Positions 15,692-26,541 of a DNA stretch of 64,000 bases are shown one piece after another (the stretch's first letter is position 1; each line of letters opens with the position of its first letter). This DNA comes from Bacteroidales bacterium (lineage in GTDB: Bacteria > Bacteroidota > Bacteroidia > Bacteroidales > UBA932). The notes under the pieces are model-generated. The model was not told the origin of the DNA, made no database searches, and saw only the letters and a program-made list of their open reading frames with translations. A program made the translations under genes and the position numbers. The DNA lies in contig JAQXOE010000006.1 in assembly GCA_029098505.1 (NCBI GenBank), forward strand, positions 13,979 through 77,978, in the 5' to 3' direction.

Positions 15692-16531
15692 ATGAGAAGA
15701 AAGCCAATCATCGCACTTATCTATGACTTCGACGGGACACTCTCGCCGGGCAATATGCAGGAATTCGGCTTTATCCAGGCTGTAGGGCAGACTCCCGAGG
15801 AATTCTGGACAAAAAGCGACAGTATAGCCATAGGCCAGGATGCCAGCAACATCCTCGCATATATGAAACTGATGTTCGACGAAGCGAAGCGCAACGGCAT
15901 AAGTCTTACCCGCGAGGGCTTCAAGGAGTTCGGAAAGGACATCGAGCTCTATGAAGGTGTCAAGGGCTGGTTCAAACTTGTCAATGAATACGCTGAAGCA
16001 CACGGAGTCAAGGTCGAGCATTACATCAACTCTTCCGGCTTGAAGGAAATCATCGAAGGCTCCGTCATTGCCAAGGAATTCAAGCATATTTTCGCAGGAA
16101 CTTTCATATACGACGAAAATGGGGTGGCAGAGTGGCCGGGAATCGCAGTTGATTACACCGCCAAAACGCAGTTCCTCTTCAAAATCAGCAAGGGCATCTT
16201 CAGTTCGAGAGATTCGAAGATGGTGAACGAGAGCTCCACCGACGATGAGAAGCGCATTACCTTCAGCAATATGATATACTTCGGCGACGGAGAGACCGAC
16301 ATCCCTTGTATGAAGATAGTCAATATGTTCGGCGGACACTCGATTGCGGTATTCGATCCCCGCAACGAAAAGAAGAGAGCCGCAGCCCAGAAACTGCTGA
16401 GACAGGGACGCGTACGTTTCATCTCGCCTGCCAATTACACAAAGGACAGTCGCACCTATCGCCTTGTATGCTCGATTATCGACAAGATCAAGGCCGACCA
16501 CGAGCTTGTAAGGCTCTCGAAATACGAATAA
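15692..16531 (+). CDS. HAD-superfamily hydrolase
   Basis: [12 protein letters not shown] matches motif I (DxDGT), and [12 protein letters not shown] matches motif IV. Confidence 0.7.
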   Translation: MRRKPIIALIYDFDGTLSPGNMQEFGFIQAVGQTPEEFWTKSDSIAIGQDASNILAYMKLMFDEAKRNGISLTREGFKEFGKDIELYEGVKGWFKLVNEYAEAHGVKVEHYINSSGLKEIIEGSVIAKEFKHIFAGTFIYDENGVAEWPGIAVDYTAKTQFLFKISKGIFSSRDSKMVNESSTDDEKRITFSNMIYFGDGETDIPCMKIVNMFGGHSIAVFDPRNEKKRAAAQKLLRQGRVRFISPANYTKDSRTYRLVCSIIDKIKADHELVRLSKYE

Positions 16532-16553
16532 ACGGAAGGGCCGTCATCAGAAG

Positions 16554-18719
16554 ATGAAATTCAAACTGGAATCACAATACAAGCCGGCGGGCGACCAGCC
16601 TGAGGCCATTCAGCAGCTGTGCACAGCCTTGAGCGAGGGAGTTTCTGACGTAACCCTGCTCGGAGTCACAGGTTCGGGCAAGACCTTCACGATGGCCAAT
16701 GTCATCGAGAAGATGCAGCGTCCTGCCCTGATACTCAGCCATAACAAGACCCTTGCCGCCCAACTCTACGGAGAATTCAAGGCCTTCTTTCCGAACAATG
16801 CGGTGGAGTACTTTGTCTCCTATTACGACTATTATCAGCCGGAGGCCTATATTCCTTCGAGCGACACCTATATCGAAAAGGACCTCAGTATCAATGACCA
16901 GATTGAGAAGCTTAGGCTCTCTGCGGCCAGTGCCCTGCTCAGCGGCCGCAGGGACGTCATCGTCATATCCAGCGTCTCCTGTCTCTACGGCATAGGCAAT
17001 CCCGACGACTTCCACGAACAGACCGTCAAGGTCAAGAAAGGCGAGCAGAGAAGCCTCGTGCGCTTCCTGTACGAACTTGTGGACGCTCTCTACTCCCGCA
17101 CCGAAACTGAATTCAAGCGCGGCACCTTCCGCGTCAGGGGAGATACGGTCGACATCTGCCTCGCAGGCTCGGACGATGCGGTGAGGGTGGAGTTCTTCGG
17201 CAATGAGGTCGATGACATTGCCATAATCGAGCCTTCGAGCGGAGCCTTCATCGAGTCGCTTGACGAGATTTCCATCTATCCGGCCAATAACTTCGTTACC
17301 ACCAAGGAGAGGAGCAATGCCGCCATCAGCCTCATCCAGGACGATCTGAAACTCCAGTTGGATTACTTCGAGGAAATAGGTAAGCATCTGGAGGCCAAGA
17401 GGTTGAAGCAGAGGGTCGAGTACGACCTCGAAATGATTAAGGAAATGGGATATTGCCCCGGAATAGAAAACTATTCGCGCTACTTTGACGGGCGGAAAGC
17501 CGGGCAGAGACCGTTCTGCCTGCTGGACTACTTCCCCGACGACTTCATTACCTTCATCGACGAGAGTCACGTGACGCTTCCCCAGATTCACGCTATGTTC
17601 GGAGGCGACCACTCCCGCAAGTCCGTCCTCATTGAATACGGATTCCGACTGCCGGCAGCCTCTGACAACAGGCCCCTGACCTTCTCGGAGTTCGAACAGA
17701 TTACCGGACAGAAGGTTTACGTCAGCGCTACCCCGGCCGATTATGAACTGGAAAAAAGCCAGGGTCTGGTCGTCGAGCAGGTGGTAAGGCCGACAGGACT
17801 GCTGGACCCTCCGATAGAAGTGAGACCTGTGGAGAATCAGGTTGATGACCTCGTAGAAGAGATAAGGCAGCGTGCCGAGAGGGATGAAAGAGTGCTCGTC
17901 ACCACGTTGACCAAGCGTATGGCGGAGGAACTTGATGAATATATGATGAAAATCGGCATTAGGTGCCGTTACATACATTCTGATGTGGATACCACTGAAA
18001 GAGTGGAGATTATAGAAGATTTCAAGAACGGACTCTTCGACGTACTGATAGGCGTCAATCTCCTCAGGGAAGGGCTTGACATACCGTCAGTGTCGCTTGT
18101 AGCCATACTTGATGCGGACAAGGAGGGTTTCCTGCGCACGGGCAGGGCTTTGACCCAGACTGCAGGACGCGCCGCACGCAATGTAAACGGCCTCGTCATT
18201 ATGTACGCTGACGTCATCACCAAGTCTATGGACGCTACCATACGCGAGACCAACAGGCGCAGGGCCAAGCAGATGGAGTACAATGAAGTCAACCACATCA
18301 CGCCTAAGCAGGTGGAAGTGAAGCACAATATACTCGCATCCGAGCTGGGTTCAGGCAGCAAGTCCAGACCTGTCAACGGTGTCAACCGCCTCAGCGCAGC
18401 CACTTCCTATGAGGAACCGGTTTATATTCCGGACCCGTCGGAACTGGGAGCAGGTCTCGTATCAGTCGATCTCGGACTCGATTCCAGAAGGGATAGCAAG
18501 AGCGCTTATGTCGACGGCTATGTCAAAGCCGATCTGGCTGCAGTGCTTCAGGATCCGGTAATCAGGTCCATGACTCGCGAGATGGTGGAAAAGATGATAG
18601 AAGAAGACCGCAGAAGGATGCAGAAATCCGCTGCCGATTTGGATTTCAACGCTGCGGCCAAGTACAGGGATGAAATGTGGGCCCTTCAGGAATATCTGAA
18701 GGTTTGGAAAGACAAGTAG
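16554..18719 (+). CDS. uvrB: excinuclease ABC subunit B
   Basis: [30 protein letters not shown], the helicase motifs and the C-terminal UVR domain [17 protein letters not shown] identify UvrB. Confidence 0.97.
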   Translation: MKFKLESQYKPAGDQPEAIQQLCTALSEGVSDVTLLGVTGSGKTFTMANVIEKMQRPALILSHNKTLAAQLYGEFKAFFPNNAVEYFVSYYDYYQPEAYIPSSDTYIEKDLSINDQIEKLRLSAASALLSGRRDVIVISSVSCLYGIGNPDDFHEQTVKVKKGEQRSLVRFLYELVDALYSRTETEFKRGTFRVRGDTVDICLAGSDDAVRVEFFGNEVDDIAIIEPSSGAFIESLDEISIYPANNFVTTKERSNAAISLIQDDLKLQLDYFEEIGKHLEAKRLKQRVEYDLEMIKEMGYCPGIENYSRYFDGRKAGQRPFCLLDYFPDDFITFIDESHVTLPQIHAMFGGDHSRKSVLIEYGFRLPAASDNRPLTFSEFEQITGQKVYVSATPADYELEKSQGLVVEQVVRPTGLLDPPIEVRPVENQVDDLVEEIRQRAERDERVLVTTLTKRMAEELDEYMMKIGIRCRYIHSDVDTTERVEIIEDFKNGLFDVLIGVNLLREGLDIPSVSLVAILDADKEGFLRTGRALTQTAGRAARNVNGLVIMYADVITKSMDATIRETNRRRAKQMEYNEVNHITPKQVEVKHNILASELGSGSKSRPVNGVNRLSAATSYEEPVYIPDPSELGAGLVSVDLGLDSRRDSKSAYVDGYVKADLAAVLQDPVIRSMTREMVEKMIEEDRRRMQKSAADLDFNAAAKYRDEMWALQEYLKVWKDK

Positions 18720-18723
18720 AAAT

Positions 18724-20097
18724 ATGAAAGCTTACAGGATACTATTGTTCATTGTTTCAGTAATCGCGATGCTGGCCCTGCTCAGCGCATTCTATCCCAG
18801 CGAGGGTGTGCAGGTCGCAGACGGATTGACCCTGCGCTTCCCCAGCCTGAGCGAGGTTCTTGAAGGCGATGCCCAGGAGAAGAGCGAAAGTCCGGAAGAC
18901 TTCCTGGCGCGCAGGGAGGCTGAGATACTTCAGCTAAAAAGGGACGGCTATATGCGTTTTTTCAACAGCGACTCTGCCCGTTTCTATCTGCCGGGCAATG
19001 ACTTGAGCTGGTTTGATTCTTTCTTCAGCGCCCTTGACAATGCATCGGCGGAGCGCGTGAGGATAGTGCATTACGGAGACTCCCAGATTGAGGAGGACCG
19101 CGTTTCCAAGATGATACGCGCCAAGCTGCAGAAGAGATTCGGAGGCGGAGGTCCCGGCCTCATCCCCCTAAAAGGGCCATATTACAGCTACAGCGTGAGC
19201 GAGACCGTCAACAAATCGCCCCGCCAGTACAGTGTCTTCAACCCCGAAGGCGAGAAGCTCGGAAACAGGAATTACGGGCCCGTTGGCAATGCCGCCAGGG
19301 TCGACAGTACCATTATCGCGAGTTTCACCACTCCGAAAAAGGGCGAACTGCCGCCTTCCACTTGGTTCAACCGTCTGACCGTTCTTTCCGGTAACGGCAG
19401 CCTGAGGCTCGGAGTCGCGAAGGAAAAGCAGGAAGTGGAAGCCGGCAAAGTGCTGAATTTCAATACATTTAACCTTCCAGACAGCAGTTCCAGAGTCAGC
19501 CTGACCCTCTCGGGCTACAATGATGTATATGGAGTTATGCTCGATATGGACAAGGGAGTCAGTCTCGACAATGTGCCTATGCGCGGGTCCGGCGGCACCA
19601 TCTTCACCAGCATCAACAAACAGCAGCTGAAGGAATTCTACGAGCACGAAAATGTCAAGCTCATCATACTCCAGTACGGTGGCAATGTAGTTCCGTACAC
19701 AAAGACGGGCAAAGCAATCTCAGGCTACAAAAAGAGCATAGAAAAGCAAATCAAATACCTGAAGGAAGTCGCTCCTGACGCGTCTATACTGTTCATCGGA
19801 CCTTCGGATATGTCCACATCCAAGAACGGAAAAATGCTTAGTTATGAGCATCTGCCTATGTTGATCGATTCACTCAAGGCTGCTGCCAATGACAATGGCG
19901 CCGCATACTGGGACCTCTACTCGGCAATGGGAGGAGAGAATTCGATGAGCCGCTGGGTGAAGGCCAAGCCGGCTCTTGCAGGTTCCGATTACATACACTT
20001 TACCCCGCGCGGTGCAGACAGGATGGGTGAGATGTTCACCAATGCCCTGATGGTTTATTACGAATACTACGAATGGAGAAAGAAAAATGAGGAATAG
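18724..20097 (+). CDS. membrane-anchored SGNH/GDSL-type hydrolase or acyltransferase
   Basis: There is an N-terminal TM anchor. Block I is RIVHYGDSQIEED (GDS), and block V is SDYIHFTPRG (DxxH). Confidence 0.6.
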   Translation: MKAYRILLFIVSVIAMLALLSAFYPSEGVQVADGLTLRFPSLSEVLEGDAQEKSESPEDFLARREAEILQLKRDGYMRFFNSDSARFYLPGNDLSWFDSFFSALDNASAERVRIVHYGDSQIEEDRVSKMIRAKLQKRFGGGGPGLIPLKGPYYSYSVSETVNKSPRQYSVFNPEGEKLGNRNYGPVGNAARVDSTIIASFTTPKKGELPPSTWFNRLTVLSGNGSLRLGVAKEKQEVEAGKVLNFNTFNLPDSSSRVSLTLSGYNDVYGVMLDMDKGVSLDNVPMRGSGGTIFTSINKQQLKEFYEHENVKLIILQYGGNVVPYTKTGKAISGYKKSIEKQIKYLKEVAPDASILFIGPSDMSTSKNGKMLSYEHLPMLIDSLKAAANDNGAAYWDLYSAMGGENSMSRWVKAKPALAGSDYIHFTPRGADRMGEMFTNALMVYYEYYEWRKKNEE

Positions 20098-21349
20098 TCT
20101 GATTTTCATCATATTGGCTCTGACAATACAGTTCGGAGCACAGGCTCAGGCGCCGGAGGAGGCACACAAACGCATCCCCTATGTGGAAATAGTCAGGGAC
20201 TCCATCCCCGACTGCGTACGGCTCGGAAAGACAAATCTCCATTTCCCCGGCAGCCACGAGCGCTTCGACAGCCTCTATGTCAAAATCGAAAATATGCTCA
20301 GTTCGGGTGAGGGCAATGTAAACATCTGGCACGTAGGAGGTTCCCACGTTCAGGGAAGCTATTTCCCCGACAGGCTCAGAAAGAATTTCGCATCCGTAGC
20401 CGAAGGCGAATACGGTTTCGCCGTGCCGTTCAGAATGATCAGTTCCGCATATGACAAGGAGCAATTCTTCAACGTCAGCGGGGAATGGGACCCTTCAGTC
20501 ATCAGCAGAACCTACAAGGGCACACGACCGCGCTACGGCATTACCGGTTTCGGAGCCAGAACTTCGGACCCCGATGCTTCCGTTGCATTCAGCTTCAAGG
20601 CTAAAGGAGACTCGCTGCGCTATGCTAACAGCTGCCGCATCCTCGGCTATTCCCCTGACGGACAAGCATTTCCATATATTGTCAATGGCTGCGACACGCT
20701 CTATTGCGACGATGAGGGCAATGATAGGTTCCTGCTCAGGCTGGGAGAGGACAGGGATTCCATCAAGATCAATTTCCACATCCCCAAAGGCAGCAGTTTC
20801 GTGCTCGGAGGCATTGAACCCCTCAACGGGCGCAGCGGCTTCAATTATTACAGTTCGGGAACCAATGGCGCGAGCCTGACTTCCTGGCTCGAAAAATGCG
20901 AAGACCTTGAAAGGGACCTCGCATACGCCAGACCGGACATTGCGATACTCGGCCTGGGCATCAACGATTCAGCCTGCAAGCAGTCCGAATTCAGGGTGGA
21001 GGTCTTCAAGAACCGGTACCGCAGACTGATTGAAATGGTGCGCCGCCAGTCTCCGGACTGTACCTTTATCTTCATCACCAACAATGACAGCTACCGCTAC
21101 ATAAGTCGCGGAATGACATACAATTACAATGCTCCTGCAGTGGAAAAGGCTATGTTCGAGCTCGCCGAGGAAGTAGGAGCTGCGGTATGGGATCTTTACG
21201 ATATTATGGGAGGCAAGAACAGCGTAAACCTTTGGCGTAATGCCGGTCTGGTACAGAGCGACAGGCTGCATTTCACCAAGAGCGGATACCAACTGCTCGG
21301 AGACCTGCTTTACAATGCTTTTGCTGACGATTATAACAAGAAACAGTAA
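20087..21349 (+). CDS. secreted SGNH/GDSL-type hydrolase or acyltransferase (paralogous type)
   Basis: The signal peptide is MRNSLIFIILALTIQFGAQAQ. The motifs are WHVGGSHVQG (block I variant GGS), LGLGINDS and SDRLHFTKSG (DxxH). It overlaps the upstream gene by 11 nt. Confidence 0.55.
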   Translation: MRNSLIFIILALTIQFGAQAQAPEEAHKRIPYVEIVRDSIPDCVRLGKTNLHFPGSHERFDSLYVKIENMLSSGEGNVNIWHVGGSHVQGSYFPDRLRKNFASVAEGEYGFAVPFRMISSAYDKEQFFNVSGEWDPSVISRTYKGTRPRYGITGFGARTSDPDASVAFSFKAKGDSLRYANSCRILGYSPDGQAFPYIVNGCDTLYCDDEGNDRFLLRLGEDRDSIKINFHIPKGSSFVLGGIEPLNGRSGFNYYSSGTNGASLTSWLEKCEDLERDLAYARPDIAILGLGINDSACKQSEFRVEVFKNRYRRLIEMVRRQSPDCTFIFITNNDSYRYISRGMTYNYNAPAVEKAMFELAEEVGAAVWDLYDIMGGKNSVNLWRNAGLVQSDRLHFTKSGYQLLGDLLYNAFADDYNKKQ

Positions 21350-21352
21350 GAA

Positions 21353-23209
21353 ATGGACCTGAATTCATTGGCAGCATTCTTCCACAGACTGTTCGCATTC
21401 GATGCGAACTCTCCCTTGCTGTTCACCCAATTCTATTTCTGGGCCTTCTTCGCCTTTGTCTTTGCAGCTTTTTCCCTGCTGCACAGGCGCAGGCTCCTTC
21501 GCAATGCCTTTCTGTTCTTCGTCAGCCTTTTCTTCTACTACAAGACCAGCGGGCTGTCAGTACTCATACTCATCTTCGTCACCTGCTCGGACTTTCTGAT
21601 TGCCCAACGCATAGACAGAGCCGGGAAAAAGGGATGGAAGACCTTCTGGCTGTGCCTTAGCATCTTCATTGACCTGGGACTCCTCTGCTATTTCAAGTAT
21701 GCATATTTCTTCACTGACTTTGTAAATACCATTTTCGGCACTAACATCGAAGTCCACGACTGGTTTGCGGCAGCCGGCAATGCCATAGCCGGACAGCCAC
21801 GCTTCAATGTGGACAGGATAGTGCTCCCTGTGGGCATTTCCTTCTTCACCTTCCAGGTAATCAGTTATACTGTAGATGTTTACAGGGGGAAGGTCAAGCC
21901 GGTCAGGAATCTTCTCGACTTCGGTTTCTACGTCAGTTTCTTCCCACAGCTGGTCGCAGGACCTATAGTAAGGGCCAGTGAATTCATTCCACAGCTGTAC
22001 AAGCCTTTCTTTCTGGGACGCAAGCAGTTCGGAATCGCCGTATTCTGGATAATCAACGGATTGCTCAAGAAAATCATACTCAGCGACTATATTGCCGTAA
22101 ACTTCATTGACAGGGTATTCGACAATCCTCTGCTATACACGGGTTTCGAGAATCTGGCAGCTCTCTTCGCATACTCACTGCAGGTCTATGCTGATTTCTC
22201 GGGATATACCGACATTGCCATAGGCGTGGCTATGCTTATGGGCTTCTATCTTCCGCAGAACTTCAACAGCCCTTACAAGGCTTCAAACCCTCAGGATTTC
22301 TGGCGCAGATGGCATATGTCGCTCAGTTATTGGCTCCGTTCCTACCTGTACATCCCTCTCGGAGGCAACAGGAACGCGACTTTCGGCACCTGGTTCTTCA
22401 TTGTCCTCTTCGCTGTCATTGCTGTGCTGCTCTCAGGCAGCTGGGCGGTTTCGCTGGTATTCATCGGCATTGCCGCCGTCCTGGGCATCGTTGCGGCACT
22501 GAAGCCCGATCACAGGAAAAAGATCATTGCCAATATCAACAGATTCATCACGATGCTTCTGGGCGGTCTTTGGCACGGGGCTTCCTGGAACTTCATCATC
22601 TGGGGCGGCCTCAACGGCATAGGTCTGGTAGTTTACCAGTTCTGGAAGGAGCTATCCTGGTGGATTAAAGCATTGAGCGTCAGCATATTGACCCTCATCC
22701 TCGGATTCCTTTGCAAATTCTCTCCGGCACCTGTATGGAGGCTGCTCTTCGTCTGGGCCGGCGTCATTGCCGCAGGCACCCTTGTCAGATTCATATATCA
22801 TCTCTTCAAGGGGAAAGGCTGCAAGACCGCGGGCTATGTTTGGGGTGTGGTCCAGACCTTCACTTTCATCACTTTCACGCGTCTTTTCTTCCGCAGCGGC
22901 TCAAACCTTGACCCTGCCGTAGCGAACGAGGAGGCTTGGAAGACGGCGAAGAATATGGTCAATCAGATTGGCTCTGCCTGGGACCTGTCGCTAATTCCGG
23001 AGATTTGCGCATCTTACTGGAACGTATTCCTGCTTGTAGTGCTCGGAATGGTCATTCATTGGCTTCCGGAGCGCTTCAAGCGATGGTATCGTATGAATTT
23101 TGCATTGCTTCCGCTGCCGCTTATGGCGCTTGTCGTCGTGGCAGCAGCCTTCATTGCCTACCAGTTCATTACAGCTGACCTGCAGGCATTCATTTACTTT
23201 CAGTTTTAG
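21353..23209 (+). CDS. MBOAT-family membrane O-acyltransferase (AlgI / DltB / PatA-like)
   Basis: It is polytopic. FWRRWHMSLSYWLRSYLYIPLGG and GGLWHGASWNFIIWG (conserved His) are MBOAT hallmarks. Confidence 0.85.
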   Translation: MDLNSLAAFFHRLFAFDANSPLLFTQFYFWAFFAFVFAAFSLLHRRRLLRNAFLFFVSLFFYYKTSGLSVLILIFVTCSDFLIAQRIDRAGKKGWKTFWLCLSIFIDLGLLCYFKYAYFFTDFVNTIFGTNIEVHDWFAAAGNAIAGQPRFNVDRIVLPVGISFFTFQVISYTVDVYRGKVKPVRNLLDFGFYVSFFPQLVAGPIVRASEFIPQLYKPFFLGRKQFGIAVFWIINGLLKKIILSDYIAVNFIDRVFDNPLLYTGFENLAALFAYSLQVYADFSGYTDIAIGVAMLMGFYLPQNFNSPYKASNPQDFWRRWHMSLSYWLRSYLYIPLGGNRNATFGTWFFIVLFAVIAVLLSGSWAVSLVFIGIAAVLGIVAALKPDHRKKIIANINRFITMLLGGLWHGASWNFIIWGGLNGIGLVVYQFWKELSWWIKALSVSILTLILGFLCKFSPAPVWRLLFVWAGVIAAGTLVRFIYHLFKGKGCKTAGYVWGVVQTFTFITFTRLFFRSGSNLDPAVANEEAWKTAKNMVNQIGSAWDLSLIPEICASYWNVFLLVVLGMVIHWLPERFKRWYRMNFALLPLPLMALVVVAAAFIAYQFITADLQAFIYFQF

Positions 23210-23242
23210 AAGCCGTTTGTCAAACAATAAAAAGGACAGATT

Positions 23243-25408
23243 ATGGAAAAAATCGACTCACTTTTCCCGAACTTTTCCGATGAGGAGAAGATCCTGGTGT
23301 CTGAAGCCTATTCCATAGCGGAAAAGGCTCTGGAAGGAGAAATAAGGGGCAACGGAATCCCTTTCATAGACCATCCGGTAAAGGTGGCGAAAATAGCCTG
23401 TGACGAAATAGGACTTGGAGCGGACTGTGTTTGCGCCGTATTCTTGCACGAGGCGAGCCGTTTCAATCCCGAAGTGGACATTACAGGAGGCGGCCGTTTC
23501 GGGAAGGATATACTCAAGATGGTCGAAGGACTGAACAAAATAGCCACCATCAAGCCGAAGGACACAAGACTTGAGGCGGACAATTATAAAAAGCTCATAG
23601 TATCATATTCCACAGATCCTCGGGTAACGGTACTGAAACTCGCTGACCGATTGGAGGTTATGCGCTCTCTTGACCTTTTCTCGAAGGCTTCGCGCGAGCG
23701 CAAGCAGCTGGAAACCCTGATGCTGTACATCCCGCTTGCACACCAGCTGGGGCTCTACAATATGAAGAGTGAGATGGAGGACATCTACTTCCGTTTCTCG
23801 GAACCGGAGCAGTACAGGGCCATCACCAACAGGCTCAAGGCTACCGAGAGAGACAGGCAGATGATTACGACACAGTTCATTGAACCGCTGAAGGCTACAC
23901 TTTCAGATGCAGGAATAAAGTATAAGCTCAAGGCACGCACTAAGTCGGCTTTCTCCATCTGGAAGAAGATGCAGAAGCAGAAGGTGGATTTCGACGGGGT
24001 CTATGATGTTTTCGCCATACGTTTCATTATCGACTGCGAAGACGACAGGGAGCTGGAACACGCCCTCTGTTGGAAGGTATTCGGCTTTGTGACAGAGACT
24101 TACGAGTCAGACACAAACCGTCTTCGCGACTGGATTTCCAACCCTAAACCTAACGGTTACGAATCCCTGCACATCACCGTCAAGAATGCGGAAGGAGCCT
24201 ATCTGGAAGTGCAGATCAGGACCAAGAGAATGGATGAGATGGCCGAGAGCGGACTCGCTTCACACTGGTCATACAAGGGCATTAAACGCGAGAGTGCGCT
24301 GGATGATTGGCTTACAGCCGTAAGATACTCGCTGGAGCACGGAAAAAGCGCGCCTCTCTCCCCTCCTGACTCCGAGGGCGAGGATGAATTGCCGGCACCT
24401 CCTTCTTCCGATGTTTTCGTTTTCACCCCTTCAGGAGAATTGAAGAAACTGCCAAAGGGAGCAACAGTCCTTGACTTCGCCTTCAGCATACATTCTGGTC
24501 TCGGCTCGAAATGCACTGGCGCAAGAATCAATGGCAAGGCCGTTTCCATAAAGGAAGAACTGCATACCGGCGATGTCGTGGACATTATGACCAGCAAAAA
24601 CCAGAAACCTAATCAGGACTGGTTGAACTGGGTTGTGACCTCCAAGGCCAAGAGCCGCATCAAGCACGAGATGAAGGAGGAGGAGTACAAGAAGGCTGCG
24701 GAAGGTAAGGAACTGCTGGAGAGGAGGTTGAAGAACTGGAAACTGGAGTTTCCTGACGATATGATGCACGATATGATGAAGAAGCTGAAGTATTCGAGCG
24801 TCATCTCCTTTCTTGCCGACCTGGGCACTGAAAAGATTGACATAAACGATATCAAGGCCTTCATCCTGAATCAGAACAGCGGCACCAAACCTGAAAATAC
24901 CGAAAAGCCGGAGGAGAGCGTCAACAAGAAATGGACAGAACATAAGACCGGAGATGACATCCTGGTAATCAGCACCAAAGATGTAAAGGGCATTGACTAC
25001 AGGATGGCACATTGCTGCAACCCGGTTTACGGAGATGATGTGTTCGGCTTCGTCACCAGAAGCGAGGGCATCAAGATACACAGAATGACCTGTCCGAACG
25101 CCGCCAGGCTTCTGGACAAGTATCCTTACCGCATCCAGAAAGTGAGATGGGCAGAGAATCCAAGCACAGGAGATTTCCAATGCACGCTCAGGATACTTGC
25201 CGAGATGGAGCATTCAGTGCTGGCAGACATTATGAGCGTAATCAGCAATTTCAAGGCTTCCATACGCAGTTTCACCGTCAATGAGGACAGGCGCAACGGC
25301 TGGTATGACATCTCCGCGAGAATACTCGTCCCATCCAATATGGAGCTGGACAAGGTCATCTCACAGATAAGCATCTTGAAACAGATTATCAAGGTTAAAC
25401 GCGTATAA
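23243..25408 (+). CDS. bifunctional (p)ppGpp synthetase/hydrolase, RelA/SpoT family
   Basis: An HD domain (IDHPVKVAKI) is followed by a synthetase region (DVFAIRFII, YESLHITV), a TGS domain (VFVFTPSGELKKLPKGATVLDFAF) and a C-terminal ACT-like domain. Confidence 0.92.
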   Translation: MEKIDSLFPNFSDEEKILVSEAYSIAEKALEGEIRGNGIPFIDHPVKVAKIACDEIGLGADCVCAVFLHEASRFNPEVDITGGGRFGKDILKMVEGLNKIATIKPKDTRLEADNYKKLIVSYSTDPRVTVLKLADRLEVMRSLDLFSKASRERKQLETLMLYIPLAHQLGLYNMKSEMEDIYFRFSEPEQYRAITNRLKATERDRQMITTQFIEPLKATLSDAGIKYKLKARTKSAFSIWKKMQKQKVDFDGVYDVFAIRFIIDCEDDRELEHALCWKVFGFVTETYESDTNRLRDWISNPKPNGYESLHITVKNAEGAYLEVQIRTKRMDEMAESGLASHWSYKGIKRESALDDWLTAVRYSLEHGKSAPLSPPDSEGEDELPAPPSSDVFVFTPSGELKKLPKGATVLDFAFSIHSGLGSKCTGARINGKAVSIKEELHTGDVVDIMTSKNQKPNQDWLNWVVTSKAKSRIKHEMKEEEYKKAAEGKELLERRLKNWKLEFPDDMMHDMMKKLKYSSVISFLADLGTEKIDINDIKAFILNQNSGTKPENTEKPEESVNKKWTEHKTGDDILVISTKDVKGIDYRMAHCCNPVYGDDVFGFVTRSEGIKIHRMTCPNAARLLDKYPYRIQKVRWAENPSTGDFQCTLRILAEMEHSVLADIMSVISNFKASIRSFTVNEDRRNGWYDISARILVPSNMELDKVISQISILKQIIKVKRV

Positions 25409-25419
25409 GAATTAAGACA

Positions 25420-26541
25420 ATGAAACCATCCCTCAATACTGTTTGTTCCGGCCCTGCGGCCAGACTGATTTCCGTTCTCGCACTGCTTCTTTGTATCTTC
25501 GCCAATGCAGGCCCGAATGATTCAAGCCCGCAACAGAGATATGCGGAGCAATGGGCCGCCACCGCCGTGCGCGAGATGTACAGGAGCGGAGTGCCGGCCA
25601 GCATCACCCTTGCCCAAGGAATACTGGAATCCCGTTCGGGGCAATCAGTCCTCGCCTCCGAGGGAAATAATCATTTCGGCATCAAGTGCCATACTGACTG
25701 GAAGGGCAAGTCGATGAAGATGGACGATGACAGCAAGGGAGAATGTTTCCGTGTTTATGACAATGCGGATGAGTCCTTCAAGGACCATTCGGACTTTCTC
25801 CGCTACCGCGACAGGTACAAGTTCCTTTTTGATTTCGACACAAAGGACTATGAATCCTGGGCCTACGGTCTTAAGAAGGCCGGTTATGCTACAGACCCTT
25901 CCTATGCGTCAAAACTGATCCGAATAATTGAGGACTACGGCCTGGCTAAGTATGACTCAATGAGCATTGCCGAAGTGGAGGAACTATTCCCCGAAATCAG
26001 GGTGGCCTCAAACGAGCCTGAGAAAAGCAAGGAGAGCAAAATGAGCAGACGTCAGGCTCGCAAGGCTGAGAAAAAAGCAGCAAAGGAGAAGAAGTCCTCA
26101 CGTGAAGAAAATGAGGTCATTCCTGAGTCTCCATTGTCATTGGAAACTGCTGTCATATTCAAGCAGAAGGCTTCTGAGAGCTTCAACTTCAGTCTCAGAC
26201 GTGAGGTTTACGCCACGAACGGGGTCGCTTTCGTCTATGCCGTAGAAGGTGAGACTTACGAAAGCATTGCCACAGCATTCAATCTTTTCCCTAAGGAAAT
26301 ATTGAAAATAAATGATTTAAGCTCAGCCGAGAAGCTTGCTGCCGGGACTGTGGTCTATATCCAGCAGAAGAAGGCTCAAGCTGAGAAGGGCCTTGACAAG
26401 TATATTGTGGAAAAGGATGGAGAGAATCTGCGTGATATCTGCCAGCGCTTCGCAGTAAAAATGAGCTCAATCAGGAAACTCAACGGCTTTGACGAAAAAC
26501 ACACGCTCCGTTCAGGGGATACGATAATACTCAGAAAATGA
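25420..26541 (+). CDS. GH73-type N-acetylglucosaminidase domain protein with two C-terminal LysM domains
   Basis: ASITLAQGILESRSGQSVLASEGNNHFGIK is the glucosaminidase motif. Two LysM-like repeats follow (YAVEGETYESIATAFN.., YIVEKDGENLRDICQRF..). Confidence 0.8.
   Translation: MKPSLNTVCSGPAARLISVLALLLCIFANAGPNDSSPQQRYAEQWAATAVREMYRSGVPASITLAQGILESRSGQSVLASEGNNHFGIKCHTDWKGKSMKMDDDSKGECFRVYDNADESFKDHSDFLRYRDRYKFLFDFDTKDYESWAYGLKKAGYATDPSYASKLIRIIEDYGLAKYDSMSIAEVEELFPEIRVASNEPEKSKESKMSRRQARKAEKKAAKEKKSSREENEVIPESPLSLETAVIFKQKASESFNFSLRREVYATNGVAFVYAVEGETYESIATAFNLFPKEILKINDLSSAEKLAAGTVVYIQQKKAQAEKGLDKYIVEKDGENLRDICQRFAVKMSSIRKLNGFDEKHTLRSGDTIILRK

Noticed and set aside
15485-16501. The ORF track extends the htpG frame by 339 codons upstream, giving a 956-aa ORF at 13631-16501.
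   Set aside because: The canonical HtpG N-terminus ([40 protein letters not shown]) begins at ATG 15484. The extension is antisense to the well-supported HAD hydrolase gene and crosses an AT-rich promoter region.
16572-17978. A 468-aa minus-strand ORF lies inside uvrB. Similar long antisense ORFs occur at 4182-5129, 24431-25213, 34292-35002, 30453-31223, 31493-32176 and 57932-58693.
   Set aside because: All lie entirely antisense to genes with unambiguous conserved motifs and show no recognisable domains. They are typical shadow ORFs in sequence of about 50% GC.
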